Below are positions 13,578 through 27,694 of a DNA stretch of 64,000 nucleotides, piece after piece. Each line of letters opens with the position of its first letter. Within the stretch, counting starts at the first letter, position 1. The notes under the pieces are model-generated. The model was not told the DNA's origin. It saw only the letters and a list, made by a program, of their open reading frames with translations, and searched no databases. The position numbers and the translations under genes were made by a program. Where the stretch lies: NCBI GenBank assembly GCA_951406725.2, contig OX597837.1:16492001-16556000 (forward strand), written 5' to 3'. The stretch comes from Octopus vulgaris. Taxonomy: Eukaryota.

Positions 13578-14763
13578 ATCATCATCATCATCATCATCAT
13601 CGTTTAGCGTCCGTTTTCCATGCTAGCATGGGTTGGACGGTTCTACTGGGGTCTGGGAAGCCAGAAGGCTTCATCAGGCCCAGTCAAATCTGGCAGTGTT
13701 TCTACGGCTGGATGCCCTTCCTAACGCCAACCACTCCGTGAGTGTAGTGGGTGCTTTTTACATGCCACCCGTACAGGTGCCAGACAGAGCTGGCAAACGG
13801 CCACGAACGGATGGTGCTTTTTACATGCCACCGGCACGAGGCCAGTCGGGGCGGCGCTGGCAACGGTCGTGAAACGGAAGGTTCTCTTACATGCCACCGG
13901 CACTGGTAACACATCTGCAATTTCCATTGATCGATTTCGATTCTGATCCTCACTTGCCTCAACAGGTCTTCACAAGTAGAGTTTTGTGTCCCAAGAAGGG
14001 AAGGTATGCATACGTAGGCTGGCTCCATCCCATGTAGAAGGCCACGTGTTATGGACTCACTTGTCCTGCCGGGTCTTCTCGTGCACAGCACACTTCCAGA
14101 GGTCTCGGTCTCTAGTCATTTCCTCAGTGAGACCTAAACTTCGAAGGTCGTGCTTCACCACCTCGTCCCAGGTTTACCTGGGTCTGCCTCTTCCGCAGAT
14201 TCCCTCAACCGCTAGGGTGTGGCACTTTTTCACACAACTATCTTCATCCATTCTCACCACATGACCATACCAGCGCAAACGTCTCTCTTGCACACCACAA
14301 CTGATGCTTCTTAGGTCCAGCTTTTCTCTCAAGGTACTTACACTCTGCCGAGTATGAGTACTGACATTACACATCCATCGGAGCATACTGGCTTCATTTC
14401 TTGCGAGCTTACGCATATCCTCAGCAGTCACGGCCCATGTTTCACTGCCATGTAGCATGGCTGTTCGTACACACGCATCATACAGTCTGCCTTTCACTCT
14501 GTGCGAGAGGCCTTTTGTCACCAGCAGAGGTAAGAGCTCTCTGAACTTTGCCCAAGCTATTCTTACTCTAGCAGTTACACTTTCAGCACACCCGCCCCCG
14601 CTGCTGACTTGGTCACCTAGGTAACGGAAACTGTCAACTATTTCTAGTTTTTCTCCCTGGAAAGTGACGGAAGTTGGTCTCAGAGCATTTTCAGTGTTTC
14701 TTGTTCCTGAGCATCTGCCACAAACAAAAACCATCTTCCTAGTTAGCCTTCTTTTGACATTGC
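13578..14763 (-). mobile_element. RTE-clade LINE, 5'-truncated: end of PHD, RT C-terminus, full 3' UTR and (ATG)n tail
   Basis: ORF 14174-14734 with FRYLG, RLYDACVRTAMLHGSETW, RRLRWYGHV and GRGRPR; closely similar to 57830-58545. Confidence 0.92.
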
Positions 14764-15767
14764 TATATATATATATATTACAAGTCTATACTAGCACAGT
14801 CTCTTTCTTGCACACTACATTTGGTCAGAATGAGATGATTGGCTGTGTCTGTTTGAACTCTGGTGATTTGGCAGTTTCAACTGGATTTAACTAAGCCTGT
14901 TTTGGTGACAGTACTTTTTGGCACTGGAAGGAGACACACATGCACATGAGCAAATAAACACACACAAACAGATAGAGAGTGAGACAGTACATCTGACGCA
15001 AACACTTTCCTTATCCTCATACACTTAAGTGAAAGATGCTCACATACATAAATGAAGGGAAAGAATGAGAGAAAGTGTTTAATATCAAATAAGTCAGCTT
15101 TGAATAAGCAATGCCAAATAGTTGGGTCCATATCAGCTGAACCAAAACGTTCCATATCTCTTATACCAGCTATTTTTCCAATCTCAACTTACACCTTGTT
15201 ATTCATGCACACTAACATTACACAACTAGTGAAGCCTGTTAACCTAATTTCTCTCCAGTTTTAGCACATCCTTCACTTTCAGTGAACATGTTTCACTACC
15301 ATACAACTCTGCACTCAAATATCAAACAAACTACCCTTCAGTCTGAGAGAACTCCTTTGGTGCTAAAGAAGTACCCTAGACTTTTTCAAACTTATTCTCT
15401 AGCTCTAGTTCATGTTCTAGCTACTATACTTTCAGAAAACACCACAACTAATTAGATCACCTACTGAGGCTCAAACAACTACTTCTATGCAGCCTTTCAG
15501 AGAATTTAATTTACCAATGCTCATATTGCTAATTACTGTTGTGCACAGATACATCCTACATGAGTGGGGAAAAGAACCCACTTGACACATTTGATTGACT
15601 TCATGCAACTTAAAGTTTCACAGACTTTGAATAGAAGCCAAATCAAACTGTTTCAAATAATAATATCATCATCATCATATATTTATGCATATAAACAAAC
15701 ACACAAATGCAAAACAAGGTGGACAAAATAGTACTCAAATACTGAAGGTAGAGTAATATGTGTTTTC

Positions 15768-15929
15768 TATTAAAGCTGCAAAAACATCAAAAAAATGGCT
15801 ACTCAGAGTTTCACATTCCTGTTTGTTGGGCAGTTGTGATCAAGATTTCATTCTTGATCACAACTGCCCGACAAATGGAAATCTGAAACTCTGAGTAGAA
15901 GTTTTTATGATGTTTTTGCAACTTTAATA
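15768..15929. repeat. Fold-back palindrome (about 78-bp arms, 6-nt loop), each arm carrying a degenerate hammerhead motif
   Basis: Centre gatcaaga-tttcat-tcttgatc at 15838-15859. Right arm reads aactgc-CCGACAA-atg gaaa tct-GAAA-ctc t gag-TA-gaagtt. Confidence 0.8.
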
Positions 15930-17222
15930 AAAAAGTATATCTGTATGTATATATATATATACACACACACATTTCTATTTTAGTCCAACTCATACCAGCA
16001 TAAAATATGGATGTTAAATGATACACACACACACACCTTGCACATATATTTTTTTACTCATAAAAAGTATACATGTACACATCTTGCAAACATCAATGCA
16101 TGTTTATCTGTATATCTTGTGGCCATACATGTTTTATGTAAGAAACACATACACACCTAGATTTTCTGTCAGTAAATTTACTTTATGTGTGTGCGTATGT
16201 GCTTTACAAATATGGGTTGTGTATGTAAGTGGGATGGTGATGATGAAATGCTGACATGGTTTTCAGGAGTGAGAGGATAGCAACTGTTTTTACAACTGAC
16301 TGATGGATTCATCCATTAACTATATCTGCTTGTAGACCACTCAAACTGAGCTGAAGTGGGGTGGGGTGGAAGAGGGGGTAATAAATTTCATTGCTATCCA
16401 GGCAGACAGACAGACTGGCAGCATAATATGCTTTACCTAGGGTTACATTTATTCATCAAATACAATACATCAAAATAAAGTAATCACACTAAATATATGT
16501 GTGCTTATGCATAATATTTTATATATACATTCATATATATATATATATATATATATGTGCATGCATACACACACACACACTCACACTATTTTGGTCGTTT
16601 TACATGCCAAGAAAAAAAAAAAAAATAAGAGACCATTATTCGCAGCTAATTTTAGCTGAACATGGCATCGAGCATGATGATTTCATCAATGGTTTTTCAC
16701 ATTTCTAATTTTTTTCTTTTCTCCCTCAACACCCATGTTCATACACATACATCACACCCAATGTGTATGTCATGTTGACCTACAGTAGTTAAAGAGAAGT
16801 TCAACAGCACTCATCAACATTACCAGCCAGGGAGGGTCTGCAAAGGTGATGGGCACTGCCTCTGTTTGTATGCCTGACTAATAAAAAAATAAAAAGTAAT
16901 CCAAAAACATTGTAACAACCAACAAAGTAGTTTTTTGCACAAAGGTAAAGAGATGGCCCAAGTGGGTTAAGTCATGGACACTTACTTAGCTGGTATTGAA
17001 CATATGAACACCAAACCTTTCTGATGATGGATTAACCATGGCCGTATGAAAATGGGTGCGTAGTTACAAAGTTTGCTTCTTAACCACATGGTTCTAGTTT
17101 CAGTCCCACTTTGTGACACCTTGAGTGTCTTCCACTATAGCCCCATGTCAACTAAAGGTTCAAGAGTGGATTTGGGAGATAGAAACAGAGACAAGCCCAG
17201 TGTGTGTGTTTGTGCGTGCACC

Positions 17223-17254
<32 letters not shown>

Positions 17255-17759
17255 TGGGTATGTCTATATTTATTCCACCTTGTGTTGACATCACATGATA
17301 GCTGTACATGAGTGTCACAGTCAATATCCTTCATTTCCAATCTTCTGCAAAAATATGTCTGGTCATGGGGAAATTTTACCATGATTGAAAACAGGTAAGA
17401 GTTGGTGACAGGAAGGGCATCCAATTGTAGAGCATATGCCTCAATAATCTCCATCCAATCCAAGCAAGTATGGAAAAGTGGCTATCTAAACGACGATGAT
17501 ATAGTTGAAAAGTCCTCATCCTTTATTAGGATGCTGAATTCTCTAAAATATAATATTTCATATGGCTTGGTACAGGGCACGATAGCAGTGACCAACAATA
17601 GCAGAAAAAGATAGAATGTGTGTATTAATCTCTTCTTTGCTCACTTCCATGAGATGTGTTGATCCCTCCTCAGAAGCTTGGTGTATGAACTAATTAACCT
17701 GTTTGATACCAACCCACTTGAGACCACCCTTGGCATAATGTTCAAACTTTCTGTTTTAA

Positions 17760-17978
17760 CCCTTTAGTGTTCAGATTATTCTATCAAACATAATGCATAT
17801 TGATTCCCATTGATTTGAATTAATCATGCATTATCTCATATCTTCAAGATCTTGATGGTGTAATTACTTAATGTAGAATAGCATTGTAGGGTAGGTGTGA
17901 GAGCCTGGATCTGGTCAGTTTGAACATAAAACAGATTAACTATTTTGGCCGGATATGGCCGGTTTAAATACTAAAGGG
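17760..17978. mobile_element. piggyBac-type MITE, 219 bp, TTAA TSD, TIR CCCTTTAG
   Basis: TTAA at 17756-17759 and 17979-17982; near-identical inverted copy at 34390-34608. Confidence 0.92.
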
Positions 17979-18794
17979 TTAAGTAATTTCAATTAAAAAC
18001 TGCCCACCAAAACTTCATGTTAGTTGATATTGCAAACACCAGCTTAGTAATGAGAAAATCAAACTAGAATTAACTAGAAATATAACAAATGGATTAAAAC
18101 AATCTTGAAACTTCATCATGGTCCAGGTTTCAGCTCTGTAGAGTAAAATGCTCTCTACACACACCTTATTAGCTTTGAAATACATTATAACTAAATGTTT
18201 TGAAGCTTTTTACAGGCACTCAAGGATTGTCACTTGCCTGTCACAAAATCTTTTTTAGTGTCAGTAACATAGAACCAAAAAAGTACTGGAATCCATAAAC
18301 CTCTTTGAATTATGTGCCATCATTAAACACATTGGAAGGTGGTTTTTTCATCTCTATTGAAGGACAGTATTATTTGCATTGAGAAACAGACTGACTTTGG
18401 CCGCAGTGTTCACAAGGAATGTTATCAAGTCTTATGCACTCACACAGCTGATAATATATCATTTATGTGATGAACAAGAGGTTATATGTAACAAGCAAAT
18501 ATTTCAGGAGATTGAGTAATTGAATGTTCATCATTGAACACTAATGGAAAATTTATCATTAAATCAATTCCAGAAAGATGAAAGGTATAGTCAATTGTGA
18601 AGAAATCTTATTCACCACTTTAATGATTTTTGACATAGAGAAGAAGGTCTGAAATTCAGGGCAGGAGAGGGTATAGCTGACTGTATCTACATAAGTATTT
18701 CAGTGGTACATATTTCATTGACCTTGGAAAGATGAAAGACAAAGTTGACTTGAGCTGGGTCCTAATAATAATAATGATAATAATAATATTAAAA

Positions 18795-19345
18795 TAAGCT
18801 GTCATGACACAATGAGGTAGCGAAAGTGCTACATTGGAAACTATGCAAAAGGTGGGGTCTAGAGAGAGGCACAAACCGCAGAGAGTGGTGGAGTTGGAGA
18901 CCTGCAAAACCCTCTGGGATTTCCCAATCCAAGCAGATCAGGTGCTAGAGCATAACAAGCTGGACCTAGCAGTGACAGATAAGGTGCACCAAGGTGTTCT
19001 ATATGTTGCATGCCCCTTTGACCAACAAACAGTCAAGGAAGGAAGGCAAAAAAATAGATGTGTGAAATAGTTCAGCTATGGAAAATGAAGTAGGTGAAGA
19101 TAGTGCCAATTATTGTTGGGTCCTTGGGGACAGTATCAGAAGGCATCAAGAGGAATACAAAGGAAATTGGAATAAAGTGCTCAGTTGAGCTATAACAAAA
19201 GGGTTGCCTCCTTGGCAGGACCAGAATAATCAAGAGAGTATAAGATAGCTGAAAAGAATAATAAATAGTAGAGTACTGTAGGCTGCAGGTAGCAAACCGG
19301 CAATGCATGCAAGACTTCAGGTGTTCCATCAAAACTTAAGTTAAT
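18795..19345 (+). mobile_element. R4/Dong-like non-LTR retrotransposon 3' fragment (restriction-like endonuclease), degenerate
   Basis: Peptide remnants HKPQRVVE, LWDFPIQADQVLEHNKLD, VACPFD, VPIIVGSLG, LLGRTRII; flanked by (TAA)n. Confidence 0.8.
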
Positions 19346-20592
19346 AATAGTAATTTTAATTTTTTGCAGAATGCCAGAAATATTAAGGAAGAGGGTTGGT
19401 CAATTACATCAACCCTAGTGCTCAACTCGCACTTATTTTATCTACCCTGTGGAAGGATGAAAAGCAAAGTCACCCTTGATGGAATTTGAACTGAGAATGT
19501 AAAGACAGAAGAAAAGCCGCTAAGCTTTTGTCCAATGTGCAAATGATTCTGTGACTTTGTGATCTTAGTAATAATAATAATAATAATAATAAGGCCAGCA
19601 ATTTCAGGGAAGGGAATGGTCAATTGTATATCTGGTGTGCTAACAATTCTGCCGAGATTGATTTATCACAACAGCCCACCATTAATTAGTATTTTTAAAT
19701 TTCAATTCTTTAAAAATATCAACTGTGAAAAGGTTCTGGATATTTCTAAGATGTTTTAATTATATAACAAAAAGGAAAACAAAACATAAGTAAAAAAGAG
19801 AATATAAGATAAAATAGAAACAACCTATAAGCTCATTGTCATACACAGGCGAATATCATTAGAAAGGAAACATGAGAGAGAGATGTATTGAAAGTAAAAG
19901 ATACAAATCAAAAATTATATAAAATGCTGAAACAGAGACACACACATTCTCTCTCTCTCTCTCTCTCTCTCATCACTGTTCTCTGCCTTTCAGAGAATTA
20001 AGTTAATGGTAGGTTGTGATATACTTTCTCTGCCAATTACATGACAATTAATTGAAGTATAGCAATATAATGGCTGACTGCCAGTATGAAATATTGTTAG
20101 TCCCAATAGTTGAGGTTGGATAGGGTGAGAAGGTGGTGGTAGAGGAGAAACATACTGAAGGTGTGTAAGAAAGGTAGAGAAAGAAGGAGGAGGCAGAAGA
20201 TGGAAGAGCAGGAAGAAAGGAGAGGGAAAAAAAAATATGAAAGAAGTTATTTTCAGATAGACTTCAGAAATGAATGGATCATCAAATGAAATGATGAGAG
20301 GGAGAGAGAGAGCGAGAGACAGAGGGAGACAGTATATTAATATGAAGTGATGCAGCTAGGTGGAAATTCAACAGTGTGAATCCTGGAAGCAGCACTGCAC
20401 AGTGTTGTGTCATTAATGAATATTTCTCACCACATAAATATAAATAGGTACCATGAAGAGGTACAGTTCATAGAGGCCACAACTAAGACTCTTGTCTGGA
20501 TGGTGATTCCCTGCCAAATCCCTCTTTCTGTTTGAGCATTCAGTAAATAGGGTCAGTTCCTACAATTTTGGTACCATCATGAGAAAAATTGA

Positions 20593-21350
20593 CCTGAGTG
20601 GCTGTGTGGTAAGTAGCTTGTTTACCAACCACATGGTTCCGGGTTCAGTCCCACTGCGTGGCACCTTGGGCAAGTGTCTTCTACTATAGCCTCAGACCAA
20701 CCAAAGCCTTGTGAGTGGACTTGGTAGACGGAAACTGAAAGAAGCCCGTCATATATATTTATATATGTACTAGCAGTATTGTCCGGCGTTGCTCGTGTAT
20801 GTTTCGACCCTTTAGAATTGGAATTTTTGAAAAGTAAAAATTTTGCATTATGTACTCTGAAATACACCGAAAAATAGTGACACAGCAGTCAAAAAATAGT
20901 AAAAAATAGGAATTTTCATAGAAAAAAAGCACCTTTTTGATGTAAATAATTTTTGGTGTTAACATGGTCCGATTTGAATTTTTTCTTCTACGGAAGGAAG
21001 AGCAAGCCTTCTTCTATCATACTCTCAATTTTGGTCAACTTGCACCACAGGGTCTCGGAGATAGTGTTAGTTGAAGGCTACCAAACCTGTCATACACAGA
21101 CAACTTTAGCTTTATATATATAGAGATGTATGTGTGTGTATATGTTTTTGTGTCTGTGTTTGCCCCCCCCCCAACATCGCTTGACAACTGATGGTGGTGT
21201 GTTTACGTCCCCGTAACTTAGCGGTTCGGCAAAAGAGACCGATAGAATAAGTACTAGGCTTACAAAGAATAAGTCCCGGGGTCGATTTCCTTGACTAAAG
21301 ACGGTGCTCCAGCATGGCCGCAGTCAAATAACTGAAACAAGTAAAAGAGT
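20593..21350 (+). mobile_element. tRNA-derived SINE (family A), full length, interrupted by a Helitron
   Basis: Head gagtggctgtgtggtaag...ggttccgggttcagtccc (A/B boxes), body gaaactgaaagaagcccgtc, tail actgaaacaagtaaaaga. Inverted copy at about 54975-55345. Confidence 0.85.
20770..21126 (-). mobile_element. Non-autonomous Helitron, about 357 bp
   Basis: On the minus strand it starts TC(TCTATATATATAAAGC) at 21126 and ends CTAG at 20770, with a degenerate GC hairpin just inside. Inserted at A|T with no TSD. Confidence 0.75.
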
Positions 21351-22099
21351 ATACATGACCACAGCCCAATGCATGAAAGAAGAATAAAAGAAGTCTAAGC
21401 CGTCAAGATCACCATCATCAGTAAAAGTAGCAAGACTAACACCAAAATCATAGGCTATTCATCAAGGGTACCGGTACCTCTATATGGTCAATGATGTCAT
21501 ATGATGATGGGGTAACATTGGGAGAATATCCTTTGCCACTGTTGATGATATCAGGTATGTTATCTGTAATTAACTGATAGTTAAACAGTTATACTATTAT
21601 TGATAATATATATCTTCAAAATATACAAGCAAGAAATTTGTTTTATTCAATTTTATTTTAATTTAATAAATATTTCTATTTATAAAAATGAGTATTCAGA
21701 TGCAGGCAAGGCTTTGTGGAGCACAAACTCATTTTGCAGCCATGTTTCCGGTTCAGTCCCACTGTATGGCACCTTGGACCAACCAATGCCTTACGAGTGA
21801 ATTTGGTAGATGGAAACTGTGTGAAACTCTATTGTATGTGTCTCTCTCTCTCTCTCTCTCTCTCATGACAGCTTGACAACATGTATTGGTTTGTTTAAAT
21901 CTCCATAACTTAGTGTTTTGGTAAAAGGGACCAACAGAATGCATAACAGACTTAAAAATAAGTGGGGGAGTTGATTTTTTTCAACTAAACCCGTCCAGCC
22001 CCAATACGGCTGAAATGCAATGACAAACAGTAAAAGATGAAAAATAAGAGAAAAAATGTCATTATTGTACTTATATAAGTATCATTGCTTGATCTTACA

Positions 22100-23050
22100 T
22101 TCATCATCATCATCATCATTTAACATCTACTTTCCATGCTGGCATAGGTTGGATGGTTTAACTGAGGACTGGCAAGCTGGGAGGCTGCACAAGGCTCCAA
22201 TCTGATTTGGCAAGGTCTCTACAGCTGGATGCCCTTCCTAATGCCAACCACTCCAAGAGTGTAGTGAGCAATTTTTATGTGCTACCAGTACAAGAGCCAG
22301 TCAGACGGCACTAGCATAGACCACAGTCGAATGGTGCTTTTTATGTGCCACTCAAGTGGCACTGGCATCAGCCACGCTCAAATGGTGCTTTTTACATGCC
22401 ACTAAGGTGCTTACACTTTGTCATGTAGTAGAGCATACTAGCTTCATTTCTTTCAAGCATATGCATGCCCTCAGCAGTCACAGCCCATGTTTCACTACCG
22501 TGTAGCATGGTAGTTCGCACACATGCATCATACAATCTACCTTTCACTCTGAACAAGAGGCCCTTTGTTACCAGTAGAGGTAGGAGCTCTCTGAACTCTG
22601 CCCAGCCTATCCTTATTCTAGCAGCTATGCTCTCAGACCACCCCTGCTACTTACTTAGTCACCTAGGTAATGGAAGCTATCAACTACTTCTAGGTTTTAC
22701 CTCTGGCATGTGATGAAGTCTGTGACCTGTACATCTTTGGTGTTTATTGCCTCTGTGCATTTGTCACACATAAAAACTATCTTCCCAGTTAGCCTTCCTT
22801 TGATATTTCTGCACTTCTTATGTGTCCATAGCTTACACCGGGTACATCTTATGAAGTTTCTACCTACGCCTTTCCTACAGATCAAGCAAGGCCATCTACC
22901 TGAAGGGATTTGTGATTTATCTGCCTTCCTACTTACTACAACTTTGGTATTTGCCAGGTTGACTCTAAGGCCCTTCGATTCTAGACCTTGCTTCCACACC
23001 TGAAACTTCTCTAGTGACTCAGCTATTAGAGCAAGGTCATCAGCTGCAAA
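22100..23050 (-). mobile_element. RTE LINE fragment (xADD motif, PHD insert, internally deleted 3' part, tail)
   Basis: ORF 22697-22999: WKQGLESKGLRVNLANTK...WPCLICRKGVG...CTRCKLWTHKKC...CDKC. Confidence 0.88.
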
Positions 23051-25672
23051 GTGTGTATGTACACATATTCACAAATATATATAATAAGCATCCCAACTTG
23101 TTTTGCTATAGTTTAATTATTCTAGGTATCACTATAAGGGCCATACTATGGAGACAAGCACAGTTTGAACAGGAAAAAACATTGTTTTCATATCAAAATA
23201 AATTCTTTCCATGGAAAATTATATATTACTTGAAAACTTTGGATGTGAACTTTCTTCTCATATAGTTTTAATTAAAACCCAACAGTTACATATCATGTCA
23301 GGGTTCCTCAAACACCCTAGTAGTATTTTCACACATTTTCAAAGTTATTCCTGTTTTATTTCTTTTCTTTTTTTTTTTTTTTTTTTTGACTGCTGAATGG
23401 TATCCCTCGTTCTAGTTCAATGAGCTTGAGCACCAAAACTTGAGATGTGTTAAAAATCACATGTGCATGTAGATGAATGTTTTAGCTTATTTCGATATAA
23501 AACTTGAGATGGGGGTAGGTTCAACAACTGTCATGAAATATCAAAGTGAAAACTTTATTGTTAATTTTCACTTAGAAAAGAACATAATTTCTTCAAGATA
23601 CCATAAGAAAGAAAAATGTCTTGCTAAATCATCATGGTCATTGCCGATTCTATGGAATGGAAAAAAAAAGCACAACGTTAAAAAAGAGGGTGGCATGCTG
23701 ATGCTTTTTGTGTTCAATTAACACATATTGATGCTACTTGTGAAACTGATGGATTTCCATTTGGTAAGAGGTCATACAGAAGACAGATTCCAGGCTTCAA
23801 ATATTGATTTTGATTCAGAATTTCAAGAAATGGACAAAATTGGTAAGCAAAAATATTCCTATGAGAATTTGCATTAAATTGAGTTAAATTGGGCCTCTAG
23901 AGTCCAAAATTAGCATTAGAACTTCCAAATGAGATATAATTTTCCAAGGAAAATAGGCATTTTGTCATGAGAATGATGTACCAAAAATAGGCTTTTGCAT
24001 GATCAAACTGTGTATCACCCCTTCCACAGAACTCTCCATGGATACTTATTAAATCTATTGTAAAGTTCCAAACTTACAGAAGATTCAGTTTTACATCCTG
24101 TCCAGTATATTAAAATTGAAACCCTTAAAGATAATGGATCACAATATAAGCATGTCTGAATATACATGAAATGCTTGTGATGGCTGTAATTTCATTTAAT
24201 TATTTGTAGGTCTGAGCTTCAGATCAGGACACCCACATAAGTTGGATTTTCTCCATTTTGACAGAGATTTCCCCCATAGCTTTGGAAATGAAGAAGCTTT
24301 TTATGAAACAAAGTTTTCAAAAATTTGATTTGTTTTATCTCAAAATATTTTCATAATTTTTTTCTCCTACTATAAAGGCTTTTTCCATAGCTGTTTAAGT
24401 GTCTAGTGCCCCCCAAATTAGCCTAAATCGGTCTACAGGAAGTGTGAGGGGAGGAAATCACAAACCTTCTAAATTTCTTTTCCATAAAATGCTCCCCCAC
24501 CATCATTTTCAGGGTCATGGTGAGGGAAAATGGGGAAAATCCTCATCAAAACAGAGAAAACCCAACTTATGGAGACATCCTGATCTGAAATTCTGCCATT
24601 TATAGCCATTATTAATAGTCAATCAAAATTTTATTGAAACAATGTCATGTCCCAAAATCTCATGATTTACTTACCTCCACACCTACTACAAATATGCCAA
24701 AACTCAAGTTCTTGTGGCTTGTACTATGGGATTTAACTAGGTCTAAAAACACTGCAAAACTGACAATTTGTTAAATGTAACAAAATAGGCTTTACATAAA
24801 TATTTTAAATATTGCCCTGCAAAAGTTATCTTTCTAAGAACCCCCCCCCCCCCAAAAAAAGGTAACTACTATATCATGGTCACTATTTGTGTAATTTGCA
24901 CCCGAGTTTCAAAGATATGACATTGCAAATATAGCTATTCATTAATTTATGCCAATTAGGTAAAATTTTTACCGTTTTGCTGACCATTCAAATTGTCAGA
25001 TTTCCTAAAATATTCATATTTCACATATGAGGTATCAAAATGTTTCTTTTTGGATGCTCTCTAAGAAATAGAAATTACATTGAAATATTATCAAAAATTT
25101 GGCAATACCTCGTTATACTTCTTTTGTCATTACACAGAACATGAATAACACTTCTCAGCAAAAAAAGGGTGCATCTTAATAATCCCCTAAAAATTTGTAA
25201 GATTGAGTAGGACATATTTACCGCATGTCTTAAAAATTTTTACCCAGAGAGGAGGGGTAAATTTACTGACATTTGAGAATCACTGCCTACCGGATATGCA
25301 ATATGCATCTTACAACCATTTCAGAGAACAAACAATTATATGTTTATAAGCATATTCATATGTATATACAAGTGCTTAATGCACATATATCTATATGTGT
25401 AATGATTACACGGACCCATGATCTTTGAAGGACTTATAACTTCCACAATGCAACTTGAAGTTGTTTTAGCTTCATGTTAGCTAAAGTGCATCTAGGACAG
25501 AATTATCCAACAAAGGGTATGATTTGAGGGGATTTATCTGGCTATTTCTAATAGGTGAAACAACCATGTTGATCCTTTGTTGCTTGTGTGACATGTATGC
25601 ATGTGCACATGTGTGAGAGTGGGTGTGTGTGTGTATGAAAGAGAGAGCATGTGGGGAGTAGATAAGACAATT

Positions 25673-25705
<33 letters not shown>

Positions 25706-26939
25706 TGGGAAAGAAAAGAGATGAGTAAAGTAAAGGAGGTAGAGACAACATGCCCCAAACATATGTGCAAGTGTGTCAATTTGCATGTAATGTTTGAAAT
25801 CAGTCCAATTTATGCAAACAGCAAGTAAGGAGGGAGTAACTGAAAAGAAAGAGATGCAGTGGGGGAATATATAAAAGATGGAGAGGAGAGAAAGAGAGAG
25901 AGAGAGAGATGGCTTTAAATAACTTTTAATGAAAACTAGGAATACTAAATAAATAAAAAAAATTCTACCAACATGTAGTTGCTGGTAGCTAAGTGAGAAT
26001 TATAAATAAATGAACAGTTCCTCACTCAACATATCCTATCTACTAATGGTTGGGTCTCTAGTAACTTAGTCAGCAGACTGTTCTCTTAACCACAATCTAC
26101 CACCCTCTGAGAGGGTGTATACACATACAATATACACTCACATGTTCACACAGACAGCTACACACACACACACACACACTCTCTCTCTCTCTCCAGTCAC
26201 CCAGCCACCAAACTCATAGCAACTGTTAAAATCTGACTGCAGCCAACCTTCATACCTTCTATTCACAGCTAAAAATAAAACAGTCATTTTACCCAAATTT
26301 TCATGTCAAAAAGAAAAACCCACCCATCCAATCTACAGAATACTTAACTCAAATCATAGAGGGAGAATGGCCTCTACCTAGCCAATCAACAAGTTAGATA
26401 TAGTCAACAAATCTCTCACTTGACCAAAATAAAATAAAAAGACCTAGTGCTAGATATACAAAAAAAAAAAAAAGGGCTCAGTACTAGTCTATGTATGTAT
26501 GAAGGTTATGCATGAAGGGACCTTACTACATTGCTTTGCTGGGGGCTATAATGCTGTTAAAATAGCACTGAGTCCCAGATAACCCTACAAACAACAACAA
26601 AGGTTTACGCAACTGAAGTTGATTTAAAAAAAGAGAAAATGTGCCTTGAACCCACAAAGAAGTCTTTATGCAGTTGTTTGAGCTGCTAGAAACAACTGCA
26701 AAATCTCTCTAAAACCTAATACAAATATAAAAAAAAAGTATTGATAAATTAGATAATACAGTTCTAGACACAAATCTGAAAACAAAAGATGAGGTGGTTG
26801 TTGGTTGAACGTTTTAGATCAAAGAAAATCTGCTCAGCCAGAGCAGTCCTGTGGCTAAACAACAACCCATCTACATAACTGTGAACTAATTCTTTTCCAT
26901 AGAAAATATTCTATCATGGTTGACAACTGTTATTAGGTA

Positions 26940-27690
26940 TGACAGAATAAAGCATCAGAAGACACTTGTAGACCCTCACAGACTGTTGAGATAAAAATAA
27001 AGACCAATAAATTGCCTTTAACAGTGGAACTTGAAGCACATAAAGTTATAAATAACAACACTATTGCCAACATAAAACCAAGTGACCATATTTGTAACAG
27101 TGAGTGCTAACAAAATGCAACACATCAGGTACAGAAGCCATATTCATCAAATTACAGCTTTGATGGTCAGGTGATCTCCCACATGTATCAGAATTCTCAA
27201 GCAACTTCTCTTTTGCCCAACAGGAAGGTCAGCTGGAAGGCCACTCTTGCACTTCAAAAGAAAAACTAAAAGACAATCTGAAGTGATGCAACACTCTCTT
27301 TCCTAGGAAAACAAAGAATCAGAACACATGACCTGGTGCTAGTCCTGCTTCCCTGCAGTTCAAAGATTTGAGCAAAGTATACTCAAACATCAGGACCAAC
27401 TTCATGCAAGCCTGAAGGCATGCTGGCTAAATGCTGCTCCTCTAAATGGAAATCTTAGCTTGTGGTTTTGTGGCACAAAGAAAAGCAGGCCTTGCCATCC
27501 ACTTAAGAAAACACAGAGCAAACGAACAACAAGCACTTGAGCAAATTGAGTCCCCATCTTGTACTATTTGAGAAAAGGTTCACAGGGCACTGAGCAGGCC
27601 TCAAGAGACACATTCATGTCCATAGAACATGATCACCACTTTATTTTACTCAACTCTCATTTGCTGTTCAAGATGAGAGAATCCATCATA
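26940..27690 (+). mobile_element. Older RTE/BovB-like LINE 3' end, highly degenerate
   Basis: Remnants resembling WSG..RI.KQLL..GRSAGRPLLHFK..KDNLK and a terminal zinc-finger-like C..GLKRH. Confidence 0.55.
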
Positions 27691-27694
27691 TGTA

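Noticed and set aside
13750-13910. CRISPR-like repeat-spacer pattern
   Set aside because: Only 2-3 units, spacers homologous to each other, inside a LINE 3' UTR, no cas genes, eukaryotic context.
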